A DNA stretch of 64,000 nt, taken from Eledone cirrhosa (taxonomy: Eukaryota). Below, piece after piece: positions 27,979 through 42,394 of the stretch. Below the pieces are notes generated by a model. It was not told where the DNA came from, made no database searches, and saw only the letters and a list, made by a program, of their open reading frames with translations. The translations under genes were made by a program, and so were the position numbers. The stretch is from contig OZ024745.1 of NCBI GenBank assembly GCA_964016885.1, positions 14,880,001 through 14,944,000 of the forward strand, in the 5' to 3' direction. Each line of letters starts with the position of its first letter. Positions within the stretch are counted from its first letter, which is position 1.

Positions 27979-30770
27979 TTTAGAGAAATATTAATTAGAT
28001 ATTGATAGAAACTAGTGATAGTAAGCCCTCAGTTTATGTCAAAATGTAGGTTTACCATCAACTTGTAATAAGATGGGAATTGACATACACTTTAAGTCAT
28101 AATCTTTCATCAAACGGATATTTCTTCCATAAATCTCTATCACAAACTGATGTTTTCCAGCTGTTCATTGCAACCACTAGTCCTTTCAAGTATTTTTTAC
28201 GTTGTCGTAAAATCACAACTTTGTCTTACATGCAAGTACAATTGTAGTAGAGGTAGAGATAAGCTAGCTTGTCTTTCGTTCACAGAATGAAGAGAGTCAG
28301 TGACTTGAAATATGTGTGTGTATATGAGTAGTATGCGTGTATGTATTTGTTCTAGGTTTTCGTTTTTTTTCTCTACACTGAAAATCACTCTCGTTTTCCT
28401 GATATCTTTCATATTCGATTAAATACCTTAAATCAGTAATTCTCCTTGTGTATATTGAAAACAATTTATACTCTATTATCTGATAATATTCTGCTGTTAT
28501 TTCAAGTTAAACTATTCAGATTTAAAATACAAAATTGAAGTTTCTCTTAATATATCAAATAACTAAAATAAAAAAAAAGCGAGAGATAAGACAAAATAGA
28601 ATTTGGCAAGTAAAATATGGCGTCACCGAACGAACCGATTATTTTAGTAAAATTCAAGATAACCGTTTTTTGTCTTCATGTTTCTGGCTAGTGGCAACTA
28701 TTTCGTTTATTTTTGTCAAGATTTAGTTTGTAAAAACATTTCAAAGTTTCCCATTGCATTTCCGTTTTCAGTAACCATCTAGATTATATTTTCTGATAAT
28801 ATCGAAATATATAATATTTAAAAGCGTATAAGATTATATCTATGTTCACAGATATATAAATATATGATGTTGTAAAGAGAACTTTTATAGTTGCTTTTAA
28901 TAAGAACTTAGAAAATTACACGAAGCAGATATTCATGAATGGTAAAAAAATACGATATTCAAGAATAAATAATTACTGTAATGCAAGGCAAAATTGTGAG
29001 CCACGACAGGCGACTGATATATTTGTGTTTAATAAATCAAATTATATTAACTTATCTGTTTTATTCTTTTACCTTATGCCATGGTTATATTTCGGGGCTG
29101 GAACTCATTTCCCAAAGGAATAAGAAATAGGATGAAGGTGGTGAGCTCTAGAGTCACGATAGCCAATCTATCGAAAGTAATTTGCGTCTACGTTTAATAG
29201 AAGGCATTAATCTATTGATACGAATGGCCTATTGTTTTGATGTTGTGTTTAATACCATAATTGTGGTGTTTGTGTAGGTGTTTTAATTTTAACAGAAGCA
29301 CTTATATGGTTATATTAGGGAATCCGAATGTGTAATTTTCGGACATCTAATGACCACACGGATTGTAAACCTGGTTGTTCATGGTTTTGTAAGCGCAATG
29401 TACTGCTAAAATATTGACTACTCTTAACAGATGTTTGGGCAAAACATTTATAATAAATATAGCAAAGTAAATAATGATATTTATGATAAGTATACAATAT
29501 GCTGTATAATCATATTTATCTTGTCAACGAGTGTTTAGTGAAGAGATATCAGTGGTTGTGACGCATATAACTGCAACACATACGAATGAAAAGAACCTTT
29601 ATTCGTGAAGTTTATCTTATTCATAGATGTGAAAATTTCTTGTAAGGTCATTGAAGAATAATTCCTTGTATGTAGAACTTGGTATAAAATCTGATTAAGG
29701 TTTGTTTTTAATAGACACACGTGAGCTTCGAAATTCTGGGAAAAAGTGGTTGTTGGGGGAATGCTCGTTTATAACTTATACGTTAATACATAGAGAAGGC
29801 AATCAATCTTGGAGAGCATTCACTCTGAATAAATTGTTATAGATATTCAGTTTTGATTATACTCCTCTTCTAATATCTGGGACTTCATTGTCCAATGTAT
29901 TCTTCTTTCTTTTGAGTTGGGTTAAGTTTGTGAAAGATTTGACTGCTACCTTTAGCAGATCGAGTCACCATTTTTAGTTACACTGTGTCGATTCTTCTGT
30001 TTCTAATCTATAATTTATTATATTAACTAAAGTTATATTTACGCAAATATTCTGATTCTACATCCCCAGATACGGTGAATAGTTTGATTCAGATTTGGTG
30101 GGATAAATTCTGCAAGCACTCGAATAGTTTAATACCACCAACTGTAACTTGTGTGTTTTTAGCAGTGAGTTTCCCTTAGTCCTACCTAATAATTAAACAA
30201 AGCCATGAAATGGGTAATTAGGGTTTTTCCCTCACTGACCAAGGCAAAAAAGGACATTCATGTAACATTTTGAAAGCAGCAGTTTCTATGAAATGCTATC
30301 TCTAAATTGAGAACGGTGTATCTATACTCAGTAAGACTAAACACCTACATCAATAATTGAGATTGCTTCGGATCTATAGTAAATAGTATTCTAAGAGTTT
30401 GTCTGTTTCAAATTTTATTCACAACAATTAATATAAAACATTTCAAGTTGGAATCTAACAATTTCATTCTTTGCGACACAACACAATATCTGTTGTAAGA
30501 TATCCTTAAATACTTTTGGCTACATCTAGCTTATCAATCCTGGTGGTCACATAATATCTTGAGTTATTAGGTATACTAAAATAAATAGTGTGTTCATGTA
30601 AAAAGTACAAACGGTTGGTGCTATTTGGAAATATTTCTATCTAAACCATTTTGAAACGTTCTATTTGATCTGTGATTAGAAATATTTATATACCTCATGT
30701 ATCAACAATTCCAACAATCTAGTCACGCACTTACAGATATAAATATACACATATATATATACATAAATAC

Positions 30771-30876
<106 letters not shown>

Positions 30877-30879
30877 CAT

Positions 30880-31130
30880 AAAACATGTCCATAGAATCAC
30901 AAGATAAAATATATACCATTTCCTCTCCCAATTAGCGTAATTAACTATATAAAAACCGAATAGACCAGGCTATAAGAATGAGGCTTCTATGAAGAAATCT
31001 CCAACAAATAACCGAAACTAGCCCTTCGCGTCGGCCGCGACGGAATATTTATCGAATATTTCGACAGCGTAATCGCCCAGATACAGTCAATTAAACAGAA
31101 TTAGGTGTAAAATAAACTAGGAGAAAATAG
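30880..31130. repeat. Dispersed ~250-bp repeat between (TA)n tracts
   Basis: Diverged second copy at ~62127-62390 (CATGTCCATAGAATCA...CTCCCAATTAGC...AATTAGGT). Both copies adjoin long (TA)n. Confidence 0.7.
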
Positions 31131-31157
31131 AATACATTTAAACTAGGAGAAAATAGA

Positions 31158-31224
<67 letters not shown>

Positions 31225-31357
31225 CGTATGTATATATAGGTATATATATATATGTATATATATATATATTTGTATATGTATATATATATATATATATATA
31301 AATATTATGGTCCACCTGGTTCCTTACCACATTTCCTTCGTTATAAATATATATATA

Positions 31358-31439
<82 letters not shown>

Positions 31440-32728
31440 TATGTGTGCGTGTGTGTGAGTGCGTATATGTATATTGGAATAACTTTTCCTATGCTATATT
31501 ACATTTTCTGTGTACACCGAATACAACTGAATTGTCCCAATTTAATTTTCCTATAGGAATTTTCTCTCGTCTATCACACGACTGCTTTATTCCAACATCG
31601 TTTCATGTGCCAATTTTCATCAAAATCACAATATGCAAAAACATTGGTTTTAAGTTATTACAATTATATCCAATTAAATAAACAGCCAAGAGCTCCAGGG
31701 TGTCTTAATTCCGTTTTCCTAACCACAACAGAAGCCAAATAATTGATTATACTTCTGCTTCCATGTTTTCAATTGAACAGGGAAATAAGACCAAGATTAT
31801 TCTGTTGTACATTTTCCTTAATTTTCACAGGCAATGTTCAACGAACATGCCAAATTGTTTTGGAATTTTTATAATACCTTACTTTTCCTAGTGATAATTT
31901 TATCTTTCGTATTTTCTGATATGCTGAAATATCTAATGTCAGACGCCAGAATCCTTATTATGTTTATGTGCATTAATTATTTAAGAATATACTAAGAATT
32001 AATTTAAGAGATATTATGTTTCGGTCGTTCGCAAAAAGCTAACTTTATTTAATTTCAATAACAATATATAGTTGTTATGCGTTCCTCTTTGAAATAGGTA
32101 TAACCACAACTGAAAGCACAATTTGAAGTAGAATTTGTATTCAAATTGGATGAATACTTAGAGAAGGGAAGAAAACTAGCCATGTTAAACTCATAAAATT
32201 AATGAATGTACATATAATAATGATTTTATTGACAGCCGCATGATTAGTCACCGAACCAAATGTGGTGGTAATTTAGCGCCAAAAAACGGGGCGTCTTGGT
32301 TTAGTGAACATGGGCAGTGATAATTGATGTCTGCACAATGACAAAAAGAAATTTTGAACAAAGAAAAAAGGGAAAATGGGTAGAGAGTAATATGGTGGAC
32401 AACATATCTAAAATATTCCTCGCAGTCAAGGTGGCAAAAGCTTGTCCACGGATAACAGCCAGAGAGACCCGCTGTATCAGTCATTCGGCGGCGTAGGATC
32501 CCTCCTCTAAAGTTGAGATTCTCGTCCAAATTCAGCGAAAGAAAACGGCAAACCAGGGACTGAGGACCGTAGCGGTAACAATGAAGACAACAATATTTAG
32601 CCATTACCTGAAAATAATGATGGGAATATAAAAGGGGGAGAATCTACTTGGCTGTCTATATATATTTACAACTGTAAAACAGAATCCATTTGAAGCAATG
32701 AGCATCGTTTAGAAAAAATCGATTTACT

Positions 32729-33083
32729 TTCTCCAGCGGCAACCTGGTGCAGTCTCCAACTAATCCAGGCTCTTCTCCACTTCGAGCCGAGAAGGGCAAA
32801 CTCCCCAAATATCGGTCGCACTCCGACAGGCTTGCGGTCGAGCCCGTAGTAGTGCAGACTTCTGATGTCCTTGGCCCTAAAACCACCACCCTACTCACCA
32901 CTATCTGCACGGAGCCTCAAGAGCTGGAATAGCTCTTCCAACGCGTCTTCCTCACCATCCTCCTTCTCTATTCTGTCCGCCGGGACCGTGGGGTGGCCAG
33001 CACATGGGCCCTCCCTTGCTTATAATAGTGGAAGATGGGGAGAGCGAGAGAGACGGAGGCAGTGAAAGAGAGAGAACATCAAC
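32729..33083 (+). mobile_element. CRE-like REL fragment, decayed
   Basis: Homologous to 24866-25145 with stops and deletions. Tail shared with 24531-24721. Confidence 0.8.
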
Positions 33084-33971
33084 ACTTCTTTACTTCTCTT
33101 TTTATTTGTATATTCTAGTACAACTGTTTATAGAATATTAATTTTACTGGAAAGAAAACGTTGTTAGATTCCTGAATGTATCACATGATTTTAAACTAAA
33201 TTGAAAATGGCCAGTGAACTCGGAGCGTGAGGGGAATAATAAGAGCACTAATAAAAGACAGGTGGAACATTGATGTATTACGTAATTGGTTTCACAGATA
33301 CAGCAGCAGCAGCAGCTTCTGTCTTCATACACAGAATTTGATAGATTTACAACAGTAGCAGAAACAACAGCAGAAGACAGGAAGACATTTCCAGATTCAG
33401 AAGTGCTAAAACATTGACCAGCGAACATTCTCCTACAAAGACTAATACAAACGAAATCATATGGGCCAATTATTCGGCTTTGCTTTTGATGTTGATAGTA
33501 GTGGTGTTGGTAAGTCAATCCAGATAATGAATTCGTACATGCACACCTCCGAAATACCTACTGTTCATGAGATAAATTAATTTATCACAACTGAGAATAT
33601 GAGGCATCTGAAGTGAAAAATAAATAAATGTAGTAGTTTAACATGTTTAATTTGTAACACAAACACAGCATTATAGACTGGGTTTATTATGTGAGCGCAT
33701 ATATGGTGTAGTCGTTAAGAAGTTCGTTTAATAAGCATGATGTCAAGGATTTGATTCTACTACACAGCATATCATACCAGTATCTTTACCATAGTATTCA
33801 GTCGAAGCAGGCCATGTGATAGAAACTGCGTAATCGAACACTCTATGGAAGGGCATCCAATAAATTAAACCCAAAATTCATGGGATCAACTTGATCACAC
33901 ATTGTATCACACTGATTCGTCTAAAGAATTTCATAAAGGGTACTTGTGTCAGTGGAATACTCAACCATATA

Positions 33972-34152
33972 TACGAGGGTCGGCTGAAAAGTTCCTATGC
34001 TAACTAAGATACTCTCATGGAATGACCAAATGAAGTATATATTTCAATATAATCCCTGAAAAGAAACAAAGCATTTATTAATAAGAAGTTATGAAATTAA
34101 TGCATGCAAGATTTCACAGCTCTAGTACCATTTCTTCATAGTCAGCCTATGA
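33972..34152. mobile_element. Mariner-type MITE remnant
   Basis: Left end TACGAGGGTCGGCTGAAAAGTTC is a mariner-like TIR; partial right TIR GTCAGCCTATGA. Confidence 0.55.
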
Positions 34153-34204
34153 GGCAGTATTTATATCTTGAAAGCAAATAAATCACCTTTCATTTGTTCA
34201 TGTA

Positions 34205-34205
34205 T

Positions 34206-34282
<77 letters not shown>

Positions 34283-34395
34283 AGAATAGCAGTAGTAGCA
34301 GCAGCAGTAGTAGTATTAGTAGTAACAATAGTAGCACCAACAGCAGCAGCAGCAGGAGTAGTAGTAGTAGTAGTAGTAGTAGCAACAACAGCAAC
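34205..34395. repeat. (TAG)n/(CAG)n compound microsatellite
   Basis: Directly visible; explains the poly-S/L/T ORFs. Confidence 0.95.
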
Positions 34396-36206
34396 CATGT
34401 AGAAGTCCTGATTAACTCTGTGCATTATTTATAAGTTGAAAGCAAGCAAACCAGCTTACATCCATTTGATTCTCTGCTATTATTGTGACCAGTAACGAAT
34501 TGTGATTAACCACTGCTTCATAATAGATTATAGTTAACGCGTTGGATGCGGGAATATGTGATTACAAAAGGGGTTTCTTCTTTTATTGCATTTCAAATTT
34601 ACATGTAAAATATGAATAAAAATTATTAGCATTCAGGCTCAAGAGATATCATTGATTTATATGTGTGTTGAGGCAATAAATTTCGTAATAGTGTTATGGA
34701 TATTCATTTTAAAATAGTACCAGTAGCCATAATATTATTGTCAATAGAGTTCTGAATTTATTGTTCGTATACTTAATAAATCATATGAAAAAGATCGTGG
34801 AAAATCTGAACAGTTTTTCACATGGAAAAATGGAAAAAATAATATTTAATATCCAAGATCATGAAACGCCAGTAAAATTTTAAGGTGGTTATAATTCGTG
34901 CACACAAATAGGCTTATATAAGGAGCACACAAAGGAAATCACACATACGTATTCATATAATAAACTGTTAGATAGTTGTTGATGCTGTTGCTGAAACCTA
35001 TGTTATTGTTTAATGTAGTCGTTTATTTAAAACGGTAGTAAAATACATTTTTAAGGGCCGAAGCACGCGCTTGTGGCCTTCTGCTCCCCTGCTCTCCTGC
35101 TCTCCTGCTCTCCTGAGAGTTTCTTATTACATTTTGAGTGACCCCATGATCAGCTTTGAACGAGTAGTCTAAGGATAAACAGGCCTTCGATCGAATAATG
35201 ATGCTCAGCTCGCACATCGATTCCTCATCCTAGATATACGATGTCTCCTCCAAAGTGAAAACCATATTATCCCCCCTACTCCGATAAGCAGTGCGAGGAT
35301 TCATGTGACGATCTAGTTGCACACTTTCTAATATATAGTCTATATATATGTCCGTATATTCTGGTGGTGGTTACAGCAGAGAGGGACCAAATATATTATA
35401 TTAGAGCACCCTAGTTGCTGTTTTCTTAACCTATTCCTTGGAGTTCGTATTCCACCTTTCGGTTTCCGGCTAATGAGGGGGGATACTGCAACCATTTCTG
35501 TTTGCATGTTTATCTTCATAAACCTCACCAGTTTTGCCCGTAACAAATCTATCCTCATGACCCTACACCATAGAAAATAAAACAAATCCAAACCAAGGCA
35601 ACCCACTTTAAGAAAATATATTTATTCACAGCTGCATATTCTTCGTTTTGTTTTCTTTCCCCATTGATTTACTAAAATTATATTAATCATAAACATTCCA
35701 ACACAATGCACACGAAACTCACAAAATTCAGATAAATTTTATATTCGATGCATTTGAAAAATGTTACATTATATTGAAGGTTGTCAGAAAATATAATTTT
35801 AGCAAACTGTGATGAATTGATAGAGACATTTCTAAGTATTGCATTAGTAGAGGATCTATTTCCAGTAACGTTGTAAATAGCTTATAAACGAATCGAATAA
35901 TGCCGTTAATACACAACCTACTGAGCAAACAATGCATACATAATTGACGGCCATTCAAAGTAATTCATATCTTTTAACTTTAAACATTGTGTTTCAATCA
36001 TTTCAAATTATAAATACTTTCTTTAAAAAAACATATTTATAAATACCAAATTTTGGCATGACACTGTCAATAGATACAAATATGTCCAGGAGCGCGAATA
36101 TACTTGATTTTTGAGGTATTGTGTTTGTATACAATTATGATTTTAAAATATATGAAATATTCGTTATTAAATTCTAATTTGAGAACTACACACACACTAT
36201 GTATCT

Positions 36207-36328
36207 TGGAGGGACGGCTAAAAAGTTCATTGGCTGCCTTTGAAGGTGTGATGCTAGCATTTTGAAAAACAAACCTCATGTGCTCATTTCATGTAAGTAT
36301 ATTGGTCAGTCTATGAAATTTTCAGCCT
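36207..36328. mobile_element. Mariner-type MITE remnant
   Basis: Imperfect TIRs GGCTAAAAAGTTCATTGGCTGCC / GGTCAGTCTATGAAATTTTCAGCC, related to the element at 33972. Confidence 0.55.
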
Positions 36329-36580
36329 ATAGTCATATGTATGTATGTATGCATTATGTATGTACGTATGTATGAATGTATGTAATCTTTTTTCTTAATT
36401 TTGAGTTTATGTTTGAAGAAATAGATAGAATCATCAGAATTGAAGAACCTTCTAATGTCACTACAACTACACACAGCCTTTCGCGCATTAGCTGTAATAT
36501 CTGTATCAGGCATCTCCCTCTTGGAACTCATGAGAGGCATGAACCTGCTACAAAACATTTACTATGAGAGCTCTCTAATA

Positions 36581-36788
36581 TTGGTTTCTGATTTAGTTAC
36601 AAGGCCAACGATTTTGGAGGAGCGAAAGTCGATTAAATCGACCTCAGTAAGTTACTGGTGCTATATATTATCGACCCCATAAAGATGAAAAATAAAATTA
36701 GCCTCAGTGGGATTTGAACTCAGACCGTAACTCTATGCTACAAAGCATAGTGTCCGACGCTCTACTAATACTACCAATCCACCGCCCC
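36581..36788 (-). mobile_element. tRNA-derived SINE (family 1)
   Basis: Homologous to 41830-42016. Confidence 0.85.
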
Positions 36789-37958
36789 ATGAACCCTCTA
36801 ACAATGAAATACAGACGTGGAAGACAACTAAATTCTTTAAATATAGTCATTGAGGAAGATACAGAATTATCCGGTGAAGAACTGAGGTAGTTAACGGTGG
36901 ATCATGTGAGATGGAACGGTTTTATCATGTCATCACAAACTACTGGTAGTAGTAGTAGTAGTAGTAGTTGTTGTTGTTGAAGAATGATTTGGGATTATTT
37001 ATTATTGCCGGTATACTAACGTATTTTATAGTCATTTCGTATCTGGGAAGAGGAAATCTAATAAAAGCATGTTATTGTTGCTGTTGTTGTTATTATTATC
37101 CCCCCAGTCTAATGTACCATACGTGTATTGTTTGAGTGTATATAAGTGTTAATTCGATGTAGTTCTTCATTCTCAACTGTGTAGTTAGTCGCTGAAATTA
37201 AATCATGTGTACATATATGTTTATAACTTTATGATTATGAAGAATACAAGAACTAACAATTTTGGTTGCGGGAATATCTCCTTTAATGCTGCAAATCTTT
37301 CAAATATAGTAGAGTTGCGTTCCGTCTTGAGGAAATCAGGAAGAGGTATATATTCTGTTTGATAATCTGTGATGGTCGATAAGATATTCATAAAGAATGT
37401 GCAATAAACGCTTGATCCAGATTATAAACTTTTCAGAATTAGGTTTCATTGTTCAAAATGTCGTATTAATTTTTTTCTGGAGTATGTATCGTTATTGATA
37501 TTGTTAAATTGATTCTACTTTTATGAATAATTTATTATCTTCCTCTATATGACTTCTCTAGACTTATGAAATATACTATGAAAGTAACACGGATATGTAT
37601 CTACTTGATTACACCCCACTGCTATGTTTATGAATTAGTGTGACTAGGATAACTTTCATCTGTTCAGTAAAATTTCTAATGACCTATACCTCCTCCTTCA
37701 ATTTATCGTCTTTTTGCAGTGTCATTGATATGATTGTTTTTATTTTTTTTTTTGTCAGCATTATCGCTTGTGGTCTTGCATCTAACAATTCTGCTAATGT
37801 GATTTAAGGGGATTGCTAAGTATTTTAGGAGAGTAACTACACTGGTAGTAAAGCTAATGTTTTATACATTCTATTTATGAGTAGATTGCGTGATTCACAG
37901 TTATAAAGAAGACGTCGTTGCCGACGTTAATTAGTGCCAACATTTCAATTCTGTTTAG

Positions 37959-38015
37959 AAATCGACTTCTAGATTTAATACACCCCAAAGTCCATGATAT
38001 AGTCCGCACGTTCAG
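37959..38015 (+). CDS. Candidate internal coding exon of an unidentified gene (NRLLDLIHPKVHDIVRTF)
   Basis: TTCTGTTTAG acceptor, CAG|GTAAC donor, 57 nt, symmetric phase 2-2, open frame, non-repetitive context. No homology search performed. Confidence 0.4.
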
Positions 38016-38934
38016 GTAACACAAACAATGCTGTGAATACAAGAGTCAGCACCTTCAACGTGTTCTTAAACTGTCATCGTAGCAATAAATGACACAGCCT
38101 ATAAATGATTCACAAGCCACGATGGAATTAACAAGGATCATTCTAACAGCGAAGTTTTCTATATTGTGCTTCCTCCTAAACAAATTACAAATGCATAGAA
38201 ATTGGCTGAACAAACGATATATCTGTAGCTGAATGAAATTCTAGATGTGCCAGGAGTGGAAAAGAAAATGTCATTTACTATTTCTATTGACTCCTTTCAA
38301 CTAAATAAAAGAATGTCATCAAGAACAAGAAAAACAGCAAAGAAATCCCTATTCTTCGTGACGCAATTTTGTCAATGTGTAGTTATACAGCCAAACCAGC
38401 ATATCAAAATCCACGTCTTTCATTCAGTTCTAGGAAATACATATGTGGAGAAAAACACTCCGACTCATGCTAAATCCCCTACTGTTCACATTCTTGGGAC
38501 GTTGCATCTATGAGCATTAAAAAACAGATTGGATCTACTAAAAGTCAACACTTCCACTAATTAATTTATTGCGAACGGAAAATTGCACCATAAAATTCAA
38601 TTTCCCTCAATCAGCAACTGCGTTAGATTTAGGTCCAAGTTTATGCTTTTATTGATTTCTGGATTGAGTTAATCACATCGACCATAGTAATTATCTGTTC
38701 AAATATGGTATTAATTTCATCGATCTCTTTATTGTGCATTTTATTCGAAATAATTCAGATTTCATATTTAAAAAAATATATATTTGTGTAAAATTCAGCA
38801 CTGTGTCATAGGTCCTAAAATTTAGAGTTTTGAAAATTCAACCCTAATTCTTCACCGACAACAGACCAATATTTGTGAATTATCCTGTATATATTTTCCT
38901 ACGCTGTTATTGTTTGATGTGAGTATCAAAATAT

Positions 38935-39217
38935 CTAAGACTAAAGTCTGTGTTAAGGCAGAAGGCTCATATGGCCGGTGCTTAATCCGGTTTCAAGGCG
39001 TGAAGCGACTGAGAGTACAAGACTCTCCCCTGGACATGACACCAGTCCATCGCAGGGTTAAATCCCCAGCTATTGCTGGTACTAATTTTCAGCTGAGTAT
39101 ACTGGAGTAATGTGAAATGAAGTGTTTTGCTCAAGAACAACACGCAACTCAGGAATCGAACCCACAACATTATGATCGTAGGTACAACACCCTTACCACT
39201 AGGCCACATGCCTCCAC
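38935..39217 (-). mobile_element. tRNA-derived CORE-type SINE (family 2), full length
   Basis: A box TGGCCTAGTGG and B box GGTTCGATTCC; CORE-like TTGAGCAAAACACTTCATTTCAC segment; perfect 14-bp TSD GAGTATCAAAATAT (38921-38934, 39218-39231). Confidence 0.9.
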
Positions 39218-39307
39218 GAGTATCAAAATATACATTGTACTAAATCATAAACAAGACTGCAACGTTAGTATAGATACAGGTAGCTACATGTAATATTAAC
39301 CTGCATT

Positions 39308-39416
39308 AAATCCCGCCGAGGTTGACTTTGCCTTTCATCCGTACGGGGTCGATAAAATAAAGTACCAGTAATGCACTGGGTATGTGCTGGCCTTGTGCCT
39401 AAAGTAGAAACAATTA
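39308..39416 (+). mobile_element. SINE family 1, 5'-truncated
   Basis: Reverse-complement match to 41830-41940. Confidence 0.85.
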
Positions 39417-39710
39417 TCTAGAAAAATCGTTTGTTTTGAATTAAGTAGTGTCACGCGAAGGTGAGTGTAGCGGTGCCACTAGGAAGTTCTATCATTTGAA
39501 GGCCTTGTAAATAAATGGAAATACACATGGGGCACAGGCGAAGTGGAAACGTTGCCTGATGAAGGAAGGTCGAGCACTATTTGACAAAAATGTCTCACTA
39601 CATACAGATAAACTCGCAAATACCTACACCACACTCTCTTTTTTAATCTCACTCTCTTTCTGTATCTCTCATTATATAAATCTCTAGTCTCCCTCCTTAT
39701 CTGTATATAA

Positions 39711-39790
<80 letters not shown>

Positions 39791-39939
39791 CGTTTCTGAA
39801 TTTGTTTAGCAAGATTCTTTATCTGAGAACGTGTGTTGAAACCGATATTGTGATACTTTGGGAGGGTCATGTTGCCAATAAGAAACACACGCACCAGTTG
39901 CTTTCACTTCAATTTATTATAATAAATTTATAAATTTAG

Positions 39940-41131
39940 GAATTTATAAATTTCCGGTTGGTTGGTTGGTTCAACAACCATATGATTGTTTATATATTGT
40001 CAAAGTTCTTTCGTCACACATTCTGTGACCTCTTCAGTGACTTGGGATTCTTTTTTTGATATTGTGCCTCTCCTTTGTTCTGTCCTACGCCATCTTTTTT
40101 GTGTGTGTGTTGTGTGCTTAATTTGCGCATGTGTTACATCCGGGTGTCTGTGTGTGTTTATATTTGTTTACTTATTTGTTTATTTACATGTTACTGGTTG
40201 GTTGTTTGTATTGGAGCAAATTTTGGATTAGAATAGAAAGAACTAAGAATAAGGTTAATAGAATAAACTCATGGTATGATAGTAATAAATACCAGAGTGT
40301 AATGTTCATCAATACAACCCCTAGAGGTGAATTAGATTACAAATGTAGAAGGGCCCTAGATAAACATAAATTAAATATTAAGAGAGTAGAAAGACCAGGT
40401 ACCTCCATAAAAACACTTATTAGCAATACATACCCTTTTCAAATACCTCCCTGTATAGATAAGAAATGTATAATCTGTAAACTAAGCCCCCATATTAACT
40501 GTAAAACTAGAAATGTAGTATATAGCATAAGATGCATTGAAGGACAATGTAGAGATAAGAATGTAGTGTACATAGGTGAGACAGCTCGTAGTATAGGAGA
40601 ACGGATAAATGAACACTGGCGAGAGCTTCAAGATAGTAAAGAATCATCTGTACTCTACCAACATGCTAAAATAGAACATAAGGGTAAATTAGAAAACATA
40701 GAAATAAAAATAGAATCTACACACTGAAAAGACGCAATGTTTAGACAAATCACAGAGGCAATAAACATAAATAAACACCAACCAAAATCAAATAGAAAAC
40801 ATGAATGGAATAGCAACATCACAACTTACAATTAAGGACAAAATGAAAACACACACACACATAGAACAAACAACCAACAACATGTAAATAAACAAATAAA
40901 TAAACAAATATAAACACATACAGACACCCGGATGTAACACATGCGCAAACTAAGCACACAACACACACAAAAACAAGATGGCGTAGGACAGAGCAAAGGA
41001 AAGGTCAAAAACAAAGAAAAGAATCCCCAGGCAATGAAGAGGTCACAGAATGTGTGACGAAAGAACTTTAACAATATATGAACAATCGTCTGGTTGTGGA
41101 ACCAACCAACCAACTGGAAATTTATAAATTC
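39940..41131 (+). mobile_element. Penelope-like element (Neptune-type), 5'-truncated, with inverted pseudo-LTR
   Basis: Cys-rich linker plus GIY-YIG (NVVYSIRC...YIGETARSIGERINEH) at ~40230-40810. 39940-40209 is the reverse complement of 40866-41131. Flanked by (TA)n. Confidence 0.9.
39999..40041 (-). ncRNA. Minimal type-I hammerhead ribozyme motif (Penelope pLTR)
   Basis: GTCA-CTGAAGA-G-GTCACA/TGTGAC-GAAA-GAAC-TT-TGAC: core, stem II and stem I intact. Sister copy at 41030-41072 (+) has a mutated core (ATGAAGA). Confidence 0.7.
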
Positions 41132-41211
41132 TTAAATATAACACTCGCTCGCTCTATCCCTTTCTCTTTCTTCCCCCTCTCTCTCTCTTTATATCTATAT
41201 ATCTATATATA

Positions 41212-41297
<86 letters not shown>

Positions 41298-41589
41298 TAA
41301 CAGATTAAAGTTTAAGCAAAGAATTGCTGCTTTCACCCTTAACGGGATCTTCTGAAACTAACAAAGTCAATCTATGAACGCAGAAGTGAATATTTTAAAA
41401 AACGTTGCAACCTGAGGAAGACAGGAAGACGATACTTTGCTCTACGGTTCTTATATATTTGATATATATTTATCCTTATCGAGCCCTCTTTGGATTTTAG
41501 TCTTCAAATTTATTATTATTACTATATATATATATATATATACTATGGAATGCTCTTCGCTTTTCGCTGCAATGTTTTCTATACCTTTC

Positions 41590-41636
<47 letters not shown>

Positions 41637-41829
41637 TTAAAAAATAATGAATAAAACAAAGAAACAGTTCCTTATATTAAACAAAAAAGTTCATTATTTA
41701 ACGATCGTTTCTAGGACATATATGTGTTAGAATTGCCATGCTTATTCAAAAGATCTATGTACAAAATTATACAAACTATCAAGGAGAATATACATACCAT
41801 CACATATATATGCTGTCTTCAGAAATAAT

Positions 41830-42016
41830 TGTTTCTACTTTAGGCACAAGGCCAGCAATTACCCAGTGCATTACTGGTACTTTATTTTATCGACCCCGTA
41901 AGGATGAAAGGCAAAGTCAACCTCAGCGCGGGATTTGAACTCAGATCGTAAAGGGACGTAACTATGCTGGAAAGCATGGCATCCGATCCTCTACCGATAC
42001 TGCCAATCCACCGCCC
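41830..42016 (-). mobile_element. tRNA-derived SINE (family 1), TSD-bounded copy
   Basis: A box TGGCAGTATCGG and B box GAGTTCAAATCC; body CTTTCATCCTTACGGGGTCGATAAAATAAAGTACCAG; perfect 18-bp TSD GCTGTCTTCAGAAATAAT (41812-41829, 42017-42034). Confidence 0.93.
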
Positions 42017-42394
42017 GCTGTCTTCAGAAATAATGAAGTATATTTATTGATAATAACAACAATTCAAAATTACAGGTCTGTTTGGGAACAGATTTTAAAT
42101 AGACCAATGAAATACATAAAAATTCATCAAGAAAATACAGTTAGGTGTGTGTATATATGTAAGTAACTTCGTTCACAGATATGCATAAAAATGTATGTTC
42201 ACATGCATACGCATGTCGAAAAAGTGTATGTAAATATAAAAATTTAGGGCTAATGTCTCTGTATGTTTATAATCCACAGACAAAATATACATACATATAC
42301 ATATACCGTAAACTTTTGGTAGATTTATCTACATATATATATATATATAGTGACGAAACATAAGTCAATTGCATGAACTCATAATCCTTTATTT

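Noticed and set aside
30981-31030. ATGAAGA...GAAA-CTAG hammerhead-like string
   Set aside because: The core is imperfect, stem II does not pair, and the second copy near 62240 does not retain it.
32248-32610. 118-aa minus-strand ORF after a TTTTCAG acceptor in CpG-richer sequence
   Set aside because: No recognisable domain, no matching donor and no supporting neighbouring exon; left uncalled.
33692-33880. Very degenerate third SINE type
   Set aside because: Resemblance is from memory only; the Pol III boxes are eroded and no TSD or second copy is present in the window.
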